Shown here: positions 51,857-62,866 of the stretch, in pieces
Numbering within the stretch: position 1 is the first letter of the stretch
Layout of the letters: every line of letters begins with the position of its first letter
Source: Candidatus Omnitrophota bacterium
GTDB taxonomy: Bacteria; Omnitrophota; Gorgyraeia; Zapsychrales; Zapsychraceae
DNA: 64,000 nucleotides
NCBI GenBank assembly: GCA_020429915.1
Contig: JAGQKV010000002.1
Coordinates: 405,874-469,873, forward strand
Direction of reading: 5' to 3'
Program-made: the position numbers and the translations under genes
The notes under the pieces: generated by a model
The model's input: only the letters and a program-made list of their open reading frames with translations
What the model was told of the DNA's origin: nothing
Database searches by the model: none

Positions 51857-52720
51857 CTATTTCTTTACTGCCTTCAGGGCGGCAGCCCTGACCATCATAT
51901 TATTGTCTTTCTCTGATATAAACTTTATGCGGGACTTGATCTCCCGGTCGTCGTACACGGCCCCGGCGTTTATGGCGGCCATAATTAAGTCGTTTTGTTC
52001 GGTTGGGTCGACTTCGGAGAACTGACTGAGATAGTCCCGGTCCAGCACATTCAACAATACGGATTTGCCGGATAGGTCACCCATATTGGCAAGGGATATT
52101 GCTGAACCCCATTTTACATTGGGTTCGGGATCTTGCAATCCTTTTTTTAAAAACTCAACGGACTGTGGATCTCCCAACCGGCCCAAGGCGACCACCGTGA
52201 TTGAGCGGACGCGCGCATTGCCGTGACCGACAAACTCATGCAGGCGTTCTGCGTTCCCCGGATCGCCGATCATGCCGATGGCGTAAATCAGTGCCGGCAG
52301 GTTCTCTTCCTTTTCTTCCGCCAGACTGGCGGTGAGTACCGGCCCGAAGACCTTACGTTGCGTTCTGCCCATCGCCAGCGCCAGGTATTGGCGCACCCTG
52401 TTGTCATCATGTTGGGCCGCCTTAAAGGCCGAGATGAGTTCGTTGTCAAAACGCTCCTCCTGCGGGACCAGCTTGGGATTGGCGAGCATTTTGGAAAGCT
52501 CAAAGGCCCCCTGCCAGCGTTTACTGCGGCCGCCGACCTTGACGTCATTGAGGTAATCGTAGACGCTGCGTTTTTCCTGGGTCAGCAACCGCATTCCGGC
52601 AAATAACAGGACACCGAACACCGCGATGAGAAACGGTATGATGAAAAACGAATGAACGATCACCCGCAGAAACGATTTTTCCTCTTCCGCGGGCACTTCT
52701 GTGTGCTGTTCATTATCCAT
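51857..52720 (-). CDS. membrane-anchored HEAT-repeat protein
   Basis: N-terminal TM helix then HEAT/PBS-lyase-like repeats (VRQYLALAMG..., VRSITVVALGRLGDP, VKWGSAISLANMGD, VRAAALKAV); 5 nt from Rieske gene. Confidence 0.6.
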   Translation of the reverse strand: MDNEQHTEVPAEEEKSFLRVIVHSFFIIPFLIAVFGVLLFAGMRLLTQEKRSVYDYLNDVKVGGRSKRWQGAFELSKMLANPKLVPQEERFDNELISAFKAAQHDDNRVRQYLALAMGRTQRKVFGPVLTASLAEEKEENLPALIYAIGMIGDPGNAERLHEFVGHGNARVRSITVVALGRLGDPQSVEFLKKGLQDPEPNVKWGSAISLANMGDLSGKSVLLNVLDRDYLSQFSEVDPTEQNDLIMAAINAGAVYDDREIKSRIKFISEKDNNMMVRAAALKAVKK

Positions 52721-52771
52721 ATACTAATGCACCTGATTATAACAATTAAAATTATTCCGAAAAGGCTTTTC

Positions 52772-54495
<1,724 letters not shown>

Positions 54496-54501
54496 TTATC
54501 C

Positions 54502-55371
54502 TTATTTGATGGCCTCGGCTCCGGCGACGATTTCTGTCAGTTCCGTGGTGATCGCCGCCTGGCGGGCCCGGTTGCGCAACAGCGTATAGCGTTCAATCAT
54601 TTCCGAGGCATTTTTGGTCGCGTTGTCCATCGCCGACATGCGCGCGCCGTGTTCGCCGGCGGCGTTTTCCAGCAATGAAAAATAAATCTCAAAATACAGG
54701 TAGTGCGGTATCAGAAACCTAAGCAGCTCCTCGGCCTGTGGCTCAAAAATATACTCGGCAGGATGATCGACCGCTTCGTCGACCAATTCATGCGGGTCGA
54801 TCGGCAGGATTTTCCGAAACACTGTTTTTTGCGAAATCGGGCTGAGAAACTGATTATACACCGTATAAATGGCATCGAACCGGCCGGACTGAAAATCACT
54901 TTCCATGTCGGCGCCGATCAATTCCGCGCCTTCAAAGCCGGGATCGGCCACGATGCCGTCGTAATACTTGTGCACGGCCATCCGCTTCTTGAAAAACTGA
55001 TATCCGCGCCGGCCGCAGAAACTCAGCGAGATCGACTCGTACTGCGCTTGATTCTCTTCCACCCAGCGCAACACACGTTTGTTGGCGTTATGATTGAAAG
55101 CCCCGCACAATCCCCGGTCCGACGTGATCACCAAAATCAGGATCCGCCGGTCCCGGTTGCGGGCGACAAAATACGGATGCAGCGAGGCATGCACCGTGGC
55201 CGAAATCCGCGAGGTCAGCCCGGCCAAATGCCGGGCGTACAGCTTGGCATTTCCTTGCGCTTCCTGGGCCCGGCGGAGCTTACTGGCCGCGACCATCTTC
55301 ATCGTACGCGTAATCTTCTGCGTATTCTTAAGACTCTTCAGTTTTTTGTTGTATTCCTTGATGTTGCTCAT
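54502..55371 (-). CDS. atpG: F1 ATP synthase gamma subunit
   Basis: [27 protein letters not shown]-terminus. Confidence 0.9.
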   Translation of the reverse strand: MSNIKEYNKKLKSLKNTQKITRTMKMVAASKLRRAQEAQGNAKLYARHLAGLTSRISATVHASLHPYFVARNRDRRILILVITSDRGLCGAFNHNANKRVLRWVEENQAQYESISLSFCGRRGYQFFKKRMAVHKYYDGIVADPGFEGAELIGADMESDFQSGRFDAIYTVYNQFLSPISQKTVFRKILPIDPHELVDEAVDHPAEYIFEPQAEELLRFLIPHYLYFEIYFSLLENAAGEHGARMSAMDNATKNASEMIERYTLLRNRARQAAITTELTEIVAGAEAIK

Positions 55372-56887
55372 CGTTGTCGAAATTTCTCTTTTTAAAGTCG
55401 ATGATCAATCTGTCCAGATCCGTTTTGATCTCATCGGTGAGGACCTGTTCCTTTTCCAGTTTTCTGACAAAATCCGCATATTCCGCGTCCAGAGCTTGGT
55501 GTAGGAGTTGTTCGAATTCCTGAACTTGGTCGACGGGGATATCATCGAGATAACCGTTAACACCGGCGTAGATGACCGCGATCTGATTGACCACGGGCAA
55601 AGGAGAGTATATGCCCTGCTTGATGACCTCCATCAGCCGCTGTCCCCGTTCCAACTGGCGGCGCGTTGTTTCATCGAGGTCCGAGGCAAATTGTGAAAAC
55701 GCGGCGAGTTCACGGTACTGCGCCAAATCGAGTCGCAGTGTCCCGGCGGTCTGCTTCATCGCCTTGATTTGGGCGTCCCCACCGACCCGCGATACGGAAA
55801 TACCGGGATTAATGGCCGGCCGCTGCCCCGAATTGAACAAGTCCGATTCGAGAAAAATCTGACCGTCGGTAATGGAAATAACGTTGGTCGGAATATACGC
55901 CGACACGTCCCCGGCTTGAGTCTCGATGACCGGCAAGGCTGTCAGGCTGCCGGCGCCCATCTTGTCGCTCATCTTGGCGGCGCGTTCGAGCAGTCGGCTG
56001 TGCAGATAGAAAATATCCCCCGGGTAGGCCTCACGTCCCGGCGGGCGGCGCAGCAGCAACGACAGCTGGCGGTAGGCCTGGGCCTGTTTGGTCAAATCAT
56101 CATACACGATCAACGCATGGCGCCCGCTGTCGCGGTAGAACTCGGCCATGGCGCAGCCGGAGTACGGCGCCAAAAACTGCATCGGGGCCGGGTCGGAGGC
56201 GGTCGCCGCGACGATCGTCGTGTATTCCATCGCCCCGTACCGTTTGAGTGTTTCGTGGACCAGGGCGACGGTCGATCTCTTTTGACCGATCGCCACGTAA
56301 AAACACTGCACGCCCTTACCGCGCTGATTGATGATCGTATCGATGGCCAGGGCGGTCTTACCGGTTTTACGGTCACCGATGATCAACTCGCGCTGACCGC
56401 GGCCGATCGGGGTCAACGCGTCGATGACCTTAATCCCCGTCTGCAACGGTTCGTGGACGTTCTTGCGCTCGATAATGCCCGGCGCCTTGGTCTCGATCTG
56501 GCGCATCTCGTGGGTCTCGATCGGAGCCAGCCCGTCGATGGCGGTCCCCAGCGCGTCGACGATCCGCCCGGTGAGGGCCTCGCCGACCGGCACCGACGCG
56601 ATGGTCTCGGTGCGCTTGACCTGATCGCCTTCGACGATCCCCGTATCGGATCCGAATATCGCAATTCCCACGTTGTCCGATTCCAGATTGAGGACCATTC
56701 CGCGCACGCCGTTGGCAAACTCGACCAGCTCGCCGGCCATGACCCCGGCCAGCCCGTAGACACGCGCGATACCGTCGCCGACGGTCAGCACCGTCCCCAC
56801 TTCATAAATATCGCCACGATTATTGAAATCCGCCAATTGCTTTTTAAGGATCGTGGAAATTTCTTCGGGTCTGATTTTGCTTTGCAT
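55328..56887 (-). CDS. atpA: F1 ATP synthase alpha subunit
   Basis: GDRKTGKT P-loop, 519 aa. Confidence 0.95.
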   Translation of the reverse strand: MQSKIRPEEISTILKKQLADFNNRGDIYEVGTVLTVGDGIARVYGLAGVMAGELVEFANGVRGMVLNLESDNVGIAIFGSDTGIVEGDQVKRTETIASVPVGEALTGRIVDALGTAIDGLAPIETHEMRQIETKAPGIIERKNVHEPLQTGIKVIDALTPIGRGQRELIIGDRKTGKTALAIDTIINQRGKGVQCFYVAIGQKRSTVALVHETLKRYGAMEYTTIVAATASDPAPMQFLAPYSGCAMAEFYRDSGRHALIVYDDLTKQAQAYRQLSLLLRRPPGREAYPGDIFYLHSRLLERAAKMSDKMGAGSLTALPVIETQAGDVSAYIPTNVISITDGQIFLESDLFNSGQRPAINPGISVSRVGGDAQIKAMKQTAGTLRLDLAQYRELAAFSQFASDLDETTRRQLERGQRLMEVIKQGIYSPLPVVNQIAVIYAGVNGYLDDIPVDQVQEFEQLLHQALDAEYADFVRKLEKEQVLTDEIKTDLDRLIIDFKKRNFDNDEQHQGIQQKTEES

Positions 56888-56896
56888 TATGCTTCC

Positions 56897-57433
56897 TTAA
56901 TAATTGATGATCGAACGCTTGAATTTAAGCAATTTGGATTCGACGGTATGATCATAAATCGTATTACGGATCTTCACCCGGAAACCGCCGAGCATATCCG
57001 GATTAACGATCATTTCGGGAATAATATCGGCCCCCATCAGAGCGCGAAAGCGCTCGCGGATCTTACCGACCTGACTCTCGGTCAAGGGGACCTTACTCTC
57101 AATACTTGCCGGCAATTGTCCGCGTGCATCGAGATAAAGCTCGACATAACAGCCGGCCATGATAGGCAGCAGCGCCAACCGTTTTTTTTCGGCGAGAAAA
57201 TCCAGAAATGTAAGCGTCGGGGGAGAGAGTTTGTCCGTGAAGCAGGCCGTGAGCACCTGTTTTTTGTCCGTTGCCGAAATGACAGGATCGGTCAACAACC
57301 GGGCGAACGGAGCGGACTGCCGGTGCAGATCGCGCAAAGCGTCCATATCGGCTTTGACGTCCCCGGAAGTACCGGCTTTTTCCGTTTGCTCGTAAAAGGC
57401 ACGGGCATATCGGTCGGCGATAATCTTACTCAT
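56897..57433 (-). CDS. atpH: F1 ATP synthase delta (OSCP) subunit
   Basis: 178 aa OSCP family. Confidence 0.8.
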   Translation of the reverse strand: MSKIIADRYARAFYEQTEKAGTSGDVKADMDALRDLHRQSAPFARLLTDPVISATDKKQVLTACFTDKLSPPTLTFLDFLAEKKRLALLPIMAGCYVELYLDARGQLPASIESKVPLTESQVGKIRERFRALMGADIIPEMIVNPDMLGGFRVKIRNTIYDHTVESKLLKFKRSIINY

Positions 57434-57972
57434 AAATCGTCAATATACTTGCTGATTAACTTCTTGCTTTTTGCCTCGTCGAGATGTTCCTCGATAATCT
57501 TGGAAGCCAACTCCACGGCCACCGACGCGCCCACCTCGCGCAGCTCAGCCTGCGCTTCCTTTACCTTTTCGGTCACGTCGCGTTCGGCGTTTTGCAGGAT
57601 AATTTGTGCTTCTTCCCGAGCCTGATCTGTAATGTGGCGCGCGGCTTCCTTGGCGGCCTTCCGGCTATCCTCAATGATCCCTTTGGCCTGTTCTTCGGCC
57701 TCGCGAACCATCATCTTTTGCGTGCTGGCCAGTTGCTCCATCTCCTGGCGAATCTGCTCGGCATCCTCCACGGATTTCTTGATGTTCTCCTCCCGCGCGT
57801 CCAGTGCGGCCAGGATCGGCTTCCAGGCAAATTTACCCAAAACCAGGGCGAAGGCGAAGAAACACGTCCACGTCACCAGCATGAGCATAATATCCAGCGC
57901 CAGAAATTCGGGCAAATGGCTCTCCGGATGCATTTCCGCGGCGGCGTCTATGACATTCATCGGTGCGTTCAT
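57430..57972 (-). CDS. atpF: Fo ATP synthase b subunit
   Basis: N-terminal TM plus long charged helix. Confidence 0.8.
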   Translation of the reverse strand: MNAPMNVIDAAAEMHPESHLPEFLALDIMLMLVTWTCFFAFALVLGKFAWKPILAALDAREENIKKSVEDAEQIRQEMEQLASTQKMMVREAEEQAKGIIEDSRKAAKEAARHITDQAREEAQIILQNAERDVTEKVKEAQAELREVGASVAVELASKIIEEHLDEAKSKKLISKYIDDL

Positions 57973-57977
57973 AAGAA

Positions 57978-58196
57978 TTATTTCAGGATGATGGTTAAGA
58001 GGGCTACGATGATACTGATAACAGCGACCCCTTCAATCAGGACCGCCGCCAGCAGCATGGCCTGGCGAATCTCTTTCGTCGCCTCCGGTTGGCGGGCGAT
58101 CCCCTCCATGGCGGCCGCGGCCAGCTTGCCGATACCCATTCCCGCTCCGATAGTTATGAGCCCCACCCCCAAGGCGGCAAATGTTGCGCCAGTCAT
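57978..58196 (-). CDS. atpE: Fo ATP synthase c subunit
   Basis: 72 aa hairpin MTGATFAALGVGLITIGAGMGIG...LIEGVAVISIIVALL; ORF-track start overextended. Confidence 0.85.
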   Translation of the reverse strand: MTGATFAALGVGLITIGAGMGIGKLAAAAMEGIARQPEATKEIRQAMLLAAVLIEGVAVISIIVALLTIILK

Positions 58197-58276
58197 ATTC
58201 GTTCCTTTCGTTATGTTTTTGAAAATAAATTTGTACTGATTATAACAATCCCCGAGCGAATGTAAAATTTTTGTTC

Positions 58277-59062
58277 CTAGTGCTCCGGATGATACATCAT
58301 GCCGATAAATTGCGCCGAAAGCACGGTAAAGACAAACGCCTGAAAAAAGGCGACGATGATCTCCAGGCAATAGACAAACACCACTACCGGAACCACCCCG
58401 GGAACAATGACGGCCCCTAAAACAGCCGTCAAACCGGTCAATGTCAGGATCACAAAGTGGCCGCCCAACATATTGGCAAACAAACGGATCATCAGTACCG
58501 TCGGCTTGATGAAGAAACTGAGGACCTCGATGAAGACGCCCAGCGGCGTCAGCCACGCCGGCAGGTCCGGGAGCACGAACGCACCGCAGAATTTCTTAAG
58601 GCCGACCTTCCGTATCGCCCCCACCGTCATGAAACCGAACGTCACCAGCATCAAACCTCCGGTCACGTTGTAATTAGCCGTCGCCGTCGAGAACAGCGGG
58701 ATTAAACCCATCAAGTTCAGGATCAGGATGATAAAAAAGAAACTGCACAATAACGGCGTCAGCTTCCGACCGTCTTCCTCTCCCAACATGGAAATCGCGA
58801 TATCATCGCGTACGAAGATTACCACCGCCTCGATGGCGTTAGTCCAGCGGCCCCGCGGATACTTCCCCTTGAAATCGAAAAAACGCCAAAAGACAAAGCC
58901 CAGCAATCCAACGGCGATAAATTGCATGACCAAATGCAGGCTTAACGGGACTGGCAGCGGTATGGCGGGTATGAACGGGAGTTGAAGGTTCCATTCGTGG
59001 GAGTTTGCCACGTGATGCAGCAAATGGTCTCCCAAAGAAAATTGTTCACCCGTTTGTTCCAT
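58277..59062 (-). CDS. atpB: Fo ATP synthase a subunit
   Basis: 261 aa; conserved Arg region (RLFANMLGGH). Confidence 0.85.
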   Translation of the reverse strand: MEQTGEQFSLGDHLLHHVANSHEWNLQLPFIPAIPLPVPLSLHLVMQFIAVGLLGFVFWRFFDFKGKYPRGRWTNAIEAVVIFVRDDIAISMLGEEDGRKLTPLLCSFFFIILILNLMGLIPLFSTATANYNVTGGLMLVTFGFMTVGAIRKVGLKKFCGAFVLPDLPAWLTPLGVFIEVLSFFIKPTVLMIRLFANMLGGHFVILTLTGLTAVLGAVIVPGVVPVVVFVYCLEIIVAFFQAFVFTVLSAQFIGMMYHPEH

Positions 59063-59315
59063 AACGAATCGTTGTGTGAAGTAGGCTGGCGATATAGAGC
59101 AGTATAAATACTACAATAAAATAAATCCGGTTGATTTCTGCCCACAGGATAACACCAACCAATCCGGCAATCAAGCCAAAAATACGGCCCGCATTGCCCG
59201 AGATGACGTAGCGTAATCCGGCCGCCTCAGGAAGTTTCTCCGCCCCGGAGTTTATCCGGCGCATCGCCCAAAAATTAAGCGCGTTGATCAGGACCGCCCA
59301 AGCGCATTCTGTCAT
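59046..59315 (-). CDS. atpI: ATP synthase protein I-like membrane protein
   Basis: ~90 aa, 2-3 TM upstream of atpB; start set to internal ATG 59315. Confidence 0.4.
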   Translation of the reverse strand: MTECAWAVLINALNFWAMRRINSGAEKLPEAAGLRYVISGNAGRIFGLIAGLVGVILWAEINRIYFIVVFILLYIASLLHTTIRYGTNG

Positions 59316-59316
59316 C

Positions 59317-59523
59317 TCACTCGTCCTTTTCCGCACTGATGTCCTTAATGACCCGGCAAATGATATACCCGCAATACGCCATACCCGCGAGGGCTCCGCC
59401 GACCGTCCACCAGTGCCCGCCGGTCTTGACATCCAGCCAGTAGCCGGCGCCGATAAATACGGCGGACCCGACAGCCAGTTGCCAGCCGATGTACATATAC
59501 TGAAGCATCGACCGTTTGCCCAT
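59317..59523 (-). CDS. AtpZ/AtpR-like small membrane protein
   Basis: 68 aa, two TM helices, Arg-containing second helix; first gene of atp operon. Confidence 0.45.
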   Translation of the reverse strand: MGKRSMLQYMYIGWQLAVGSAVFIGAGYWLDVKTGGHWWTVGGALAGMAYCGYIICRVIKDISAEKDE

Positions 59524-59542
59524 CGCGTCCCCCGCTTAAAAG

Positions 59543-61627
59543 CTACATGTACAACCGCCGGAACTCGGCGATCCCTTTTTTATCCCCGATAATCGTGAGG
59601 CGGTCGCCTTCATGAAGCATCTTGCTGCCGGTGGGGACGATCGGAATGCCGTCACGATTGATGATGGCGATCAATGCCTCCTCCGGCATGTGGATATCGC
59701 GAATGCGCCGGTTGACCAAGGCCTCTGAACTGGTCCCCATCCGCAGTTTGATATTAAGGAAATTCTCATCCCGGAGCAGGACTTCCTTGAGTTGCTGTTC
59801 ATCTTCACAGGCCAGCCACTCGTCGATGAATCCCGGATCGTCGACCCGGCCGGCGATCTTGGCCAGAATGCGCAGATGTTGTTTGGGATTCTCCTCCGGA
59901 CTCACCAAAAAAAAGATCGCATGAATTTCCCCCTGCGGCACGTGCGGCCCCCACAAATCCTCCTCGATCTCCAGGTCAACACCCTCCCGCGCCCGCACCA
60001 TCAGGATCATCGGCTCAATGATGTGCGACAGGCGCATGTGCGGCAGCGCCACCCCGCCCGAAACAGGCGTCCCGCCGACCTTGGTCCCATCCAAGAATTC
60101 TTTCTCGATCTGGTCGACCGGATGCGAAAGTTTGGTGGACAGCATCATTGCGGCCTGTTTGATTACCCCTTCGAAGCTCTCGCGTTCGATCAAATCGATC
60201 ACCTGTGCCTGTGCGATGATCTCTTCAAACGGGTCCTGATCACGCAGCCCTTTTTCCTTGAGGATTCCGCGCAGCTCTGCGTCCAGCCCGAGATGACGGT
60301 TCTGACCGAGACGTTCGAATACATGCAGAATGGCACCCCCCCGTTCCACGCGGTGCCGGGCATAGTAAAAAAACCAGGCCGTGCCGGCCACCACCAGCCC
60401 CGCACTGAACAGCGTGGGCGTGATCCCCATCTCGATAATCAACCACGCCGAGCTGACGATCCCCACAATCGACATCCAAGGATAAAGCGGCGAACGGAAA
60501 CCCGGGTCATAGGCCTCGATACGGCTCTCGCGCATGATGATCACCGCCCCGCAGCAAAATGCGAAAACCAGCAGCTGAAAGGCGCTGGCCAGCTTGGCGA
60601 TCTTCAGCGGATTGAGAAACAGGATGATCAACATAATCACACCGACAGTGAACAGCACACTGACGTAGGGAATTCCGGACTTGGTCAACGAGCGAAACTG
60701 TCGGGGCAGCAAATGGTCGCGGCTCATGGCGAGCGGATAGCGCGAGGCGCTCAGGATGCCCGCGTTGGTCATCGAGAAAAAGGCCAACACCGCGGCGATC
60801 GTTACCAGCACCGTTCCCCAGTGTCCGACGATATTCTGTGCCGCCAGAGCGACCGGCGTCAAACTCTTGCTGAGATCATTGATCGGGACCACCCCGACCA
60901 TCACGATCGTCCCCAGGACATAGACGACCAATGCGGTGGCAAAGGCCAGCAGCATACCCCGCGTTAGGTTTTTTTCCGGGTCCGCCACCTCCTCGGCTAC
61001 ACTGGTGACCTTGGTGATGCCCGCGTAACTGATGTAAACGAGACCGGCCGTGGCCAGGATATTGGTGGATCCGGCCATAAAGAAATTCTCGAAATTCGCC
61101 GGCTGCAATTCCCAGATCCCGGTGCCGATAAATCCCGCCAGCAACACCAGAATCGCCGCCACCATAATCACCTGCAGCAGGCCGATCTCCTTGGCCCCGA
61201 GGAGATTGACGACGCCGAAAAACAGGGCGAATCCCAACGCCACCGGGATCATAATGTCGCCGGAAATAAAAAGGCTCAAATACGCCCCCATCCCGATCAA
61301 CGCAAAGGCCGACTTCAACACCAGCGACAGCCAGGTGCCGATCCCCCCGATCGTCCCGGCGAGCGGGCCCAGACTGCGGTCCAAAAAATAGTAAGCGCCG
61401 CCGGCGCGCGGCATCGCGGTGGCCAGTTCGATCATACAGAACATCGTAGGGACAAGAGGAATCGCTGCGATAAGATAACTGAGGATCATGGCCGGACCGG
61501 CCTGTTTGGCGGCTAAACCGGGAAGGAGAAAAAAACCGGCACTGAGCGTTGTGCCGGTGGCGATGGCATACACGTTAATGAGGGAGAGTTCTTTTTTGAG
61601 GACCTTATGCTTGGCAGCTGCGGTCAT
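59543..61627 (-). CDS. APC-family amino acid permease fused to cytoplasmic regulatory domains (PTS-EIIA-2-like and TrkA-C-like)
   Basis: ~12 TM APC core (1-440) then ~250 aa cytoplasmic tail with EIIA-2-like and TrkA_C-like segments. Confidence 0.65.
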   Translation of the reverse strand: MTAAAKHKVLKKELSLINVYAIATGTTLSAGFFLLPGLAAKQAGPAMILSYLIAAIPLVPTMFCMIELATAMPRAGGAYYFLDRSLGPLAGTIGGIGTWLSLVLKSAFALIGMGAYLSLFISGDIMIPVALGFALFFGVVNLLGAKEIGLLQVIMVAAILVLLAGFIGTGIWELQPANFENFFMAGSTNILATAGLVYISYAGITKVTSVAEEVADPEKNLTRGMLLAFATALVVYVLGTIVMVGVVPINDLSKSLTPVALAAQNIVGHWGTVLVTIAAVLAFFSMTNAGILSASRYPLAMSRDHLLPRQFRSLTKSGIPYVSVLFTVGVIMLIILFLNPLKIAKLASAFQLLVFAFCCGAVIIMRESRIEAYDPGFRSPLYPWMSIVGIVSSAWLIIEMGITPTLFSAGLVVAGTAWFFYYARHRVERGGAILHVFERLGQNRHLGLDAELRGILKEKGLRDQDPFEEIIAQAQVIDLIERESFEGVIKQAAMMLSTKLSHPVDQIEKEFLDGTKVGGTPVSGGVALPHMRLSHIIEPMILMVRAREGVDLEIEEDLWGPHVPQGEIHAIFFLVSPEENPKQHLRILAKIAGRVDDPGFIDEWLACEDEQQLKEVLLRDENFLNIKLRMGTSSEALVNRRIRDIHMPEEALIAIINRDGIPIVPTGSKMLHEGDRLTIIGDKKGIAEFRRLYM

Positions 61628-61725
61628 GACCGATACCCGCCTCCTGTTAAGCTCCGGGCCATCCCTCCGGCGCGACGCGTGCCCGCGAGAAGGCGCGCGG
61701 CGACCGACCGCCCGTCGCAGGCCGT

Positions 61726-62772
61726 TTACATATCACTGGTCTGAAACAAACCGGTCTTTTCGATCTTCGTATAGAACTCGTCGATCTTGGCGGCGATGAT
61801 CTCGTTGACAGCCGTGACGGCGGCCTGCCGTTTCAACAAGCTCTCTTCCACCACAGATTCCAAATCATCGATGTGATACAGCGACACGTTGTCAAGCAGG
61901 GCGATCTTGGGATCGATATTGCGGGGCATCGAAATGTCGACAAACATCAGAGGACGCTGGCCGCGGGCCGCCATGCATTTCTCAACCACACCGGCCTCGA
62001 TCACATAATGCGGTGCCGATGATGAGCAGACACACAGGTCAACCAACGCCAAAGTTTCCTTCATATCACAAAATGAAACCACCTCGGCCTCAAAGCGGGC
62101 CGCCAAGTCCCGGGCATGCTGTTCGGTGCGGTTCATCACGTACAACTTCCGGAATCCCTTGTTGGAAATCTGACCGACGGCCAGCTTGCTCATCTTTCCG
62201 GCCCCGACCATCAACACGGACTTGTCGCTGAGGCTACCTAAATCGCGTTCCGCCGTCATGATGGCTGCCCAACTGACGGAAGAACCGCCGATGCCGATAT
62301 CGGTCTCCGCCTGCGCCTTTTTCCCAGCCCGGATGGCGACATTGGCCAGGATATTGAAATTCTTCAGAAAAAATCCCTTCTGCTGCCCTTTGTCGAAGGC
62401 GGACTTCATCTGGCCGAGAATCTGCCGTTCGCCGATCACCAGCGAATCAAGACCGGCACAGACCTGCATCAGATGCGCCACAGCGACACGATCGTGATAG
62501 GTATAAAAGTATCCCATCAGACCGCTGTTGTACGCAATTCCGCGGATCTGGCAGATGATCATGACCACCCGTTGGATTTCATAGTCCGCGTCGATCACAT
62601 TCACATAGACCTCGGTGCGGTTGCAGGTCGACGCCACGAAGGCCTCGGTCACGGCCGCATCGGACTTTAATTCACTGAGCAGCAGGTCCTCTTGTATGGG
62701 AGTCAGATAAAATTTCTCGCGAATGGATATCGGGGCCGTCTTGTGGTTGATGCCCACGGCAATAATGTTCAT
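61726..62772 (-). CDS. hemA: glutamyl-tRNA reductase (short form, 348 aa)
   Basis: MNIIAVGINHKTAPISIREKF...STCNRTEVY active-site Cys region; NADP Rossmann GAGKMS. Confidence 0.85.
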   Translation of the reverse strand: MNIIAVGINHKTAPISIREKFYLTPIQEDLLLSELKSDAAVTEAFVASTCNRTEVYVNVIDADYEIQRVVMIICQIRGIAYNSGLMGYFYTYHDRVAVAHLMQVCAGLDSLVIGERQILGQMKSAFDKGQQKGFFLKNFNILANVAIRAGKKAQAETDIGIGGSSVSWAAIMTAERDLGSLSDKSVLMVGAGKMSKLAVGQISNKGFRKLYVMNRTEQHARDLAARFEAEVVSFCDMKETLALVDLCVCSSSAPHYVIEAGVVEKCMAARGQRPLMFVDISMPRNIDPKIALLDNVSLYHIDDLESVVEESLLKRQAAVTAVNEIIAAKIDEFYTKIEKTGLFQTSDM

Positions 62773-62866
62773 GCGTTATCTTTCACTATTATTATTAAGA
62801 GGTAAGTCGGAGTATAACAAAAAGCCCGTCTCAATTCAAACGATTTTCCGGCGAATCCGCAGTATT

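Noticed and set aside
55769-57625. 618-aa plus-strand ORF spanning atpA/atpH on opposite strand
   Set aside because: Antisense to highly conserved ATP synthase genes; Arg/Gly/Asp-rich composition; no start context.
59792-60967. 391-aa plus-strand ORF antisense to APC permease
   Set aside because: Low-complexity His/Arg/Asp-rich product; permease on minus strand is the real gene.
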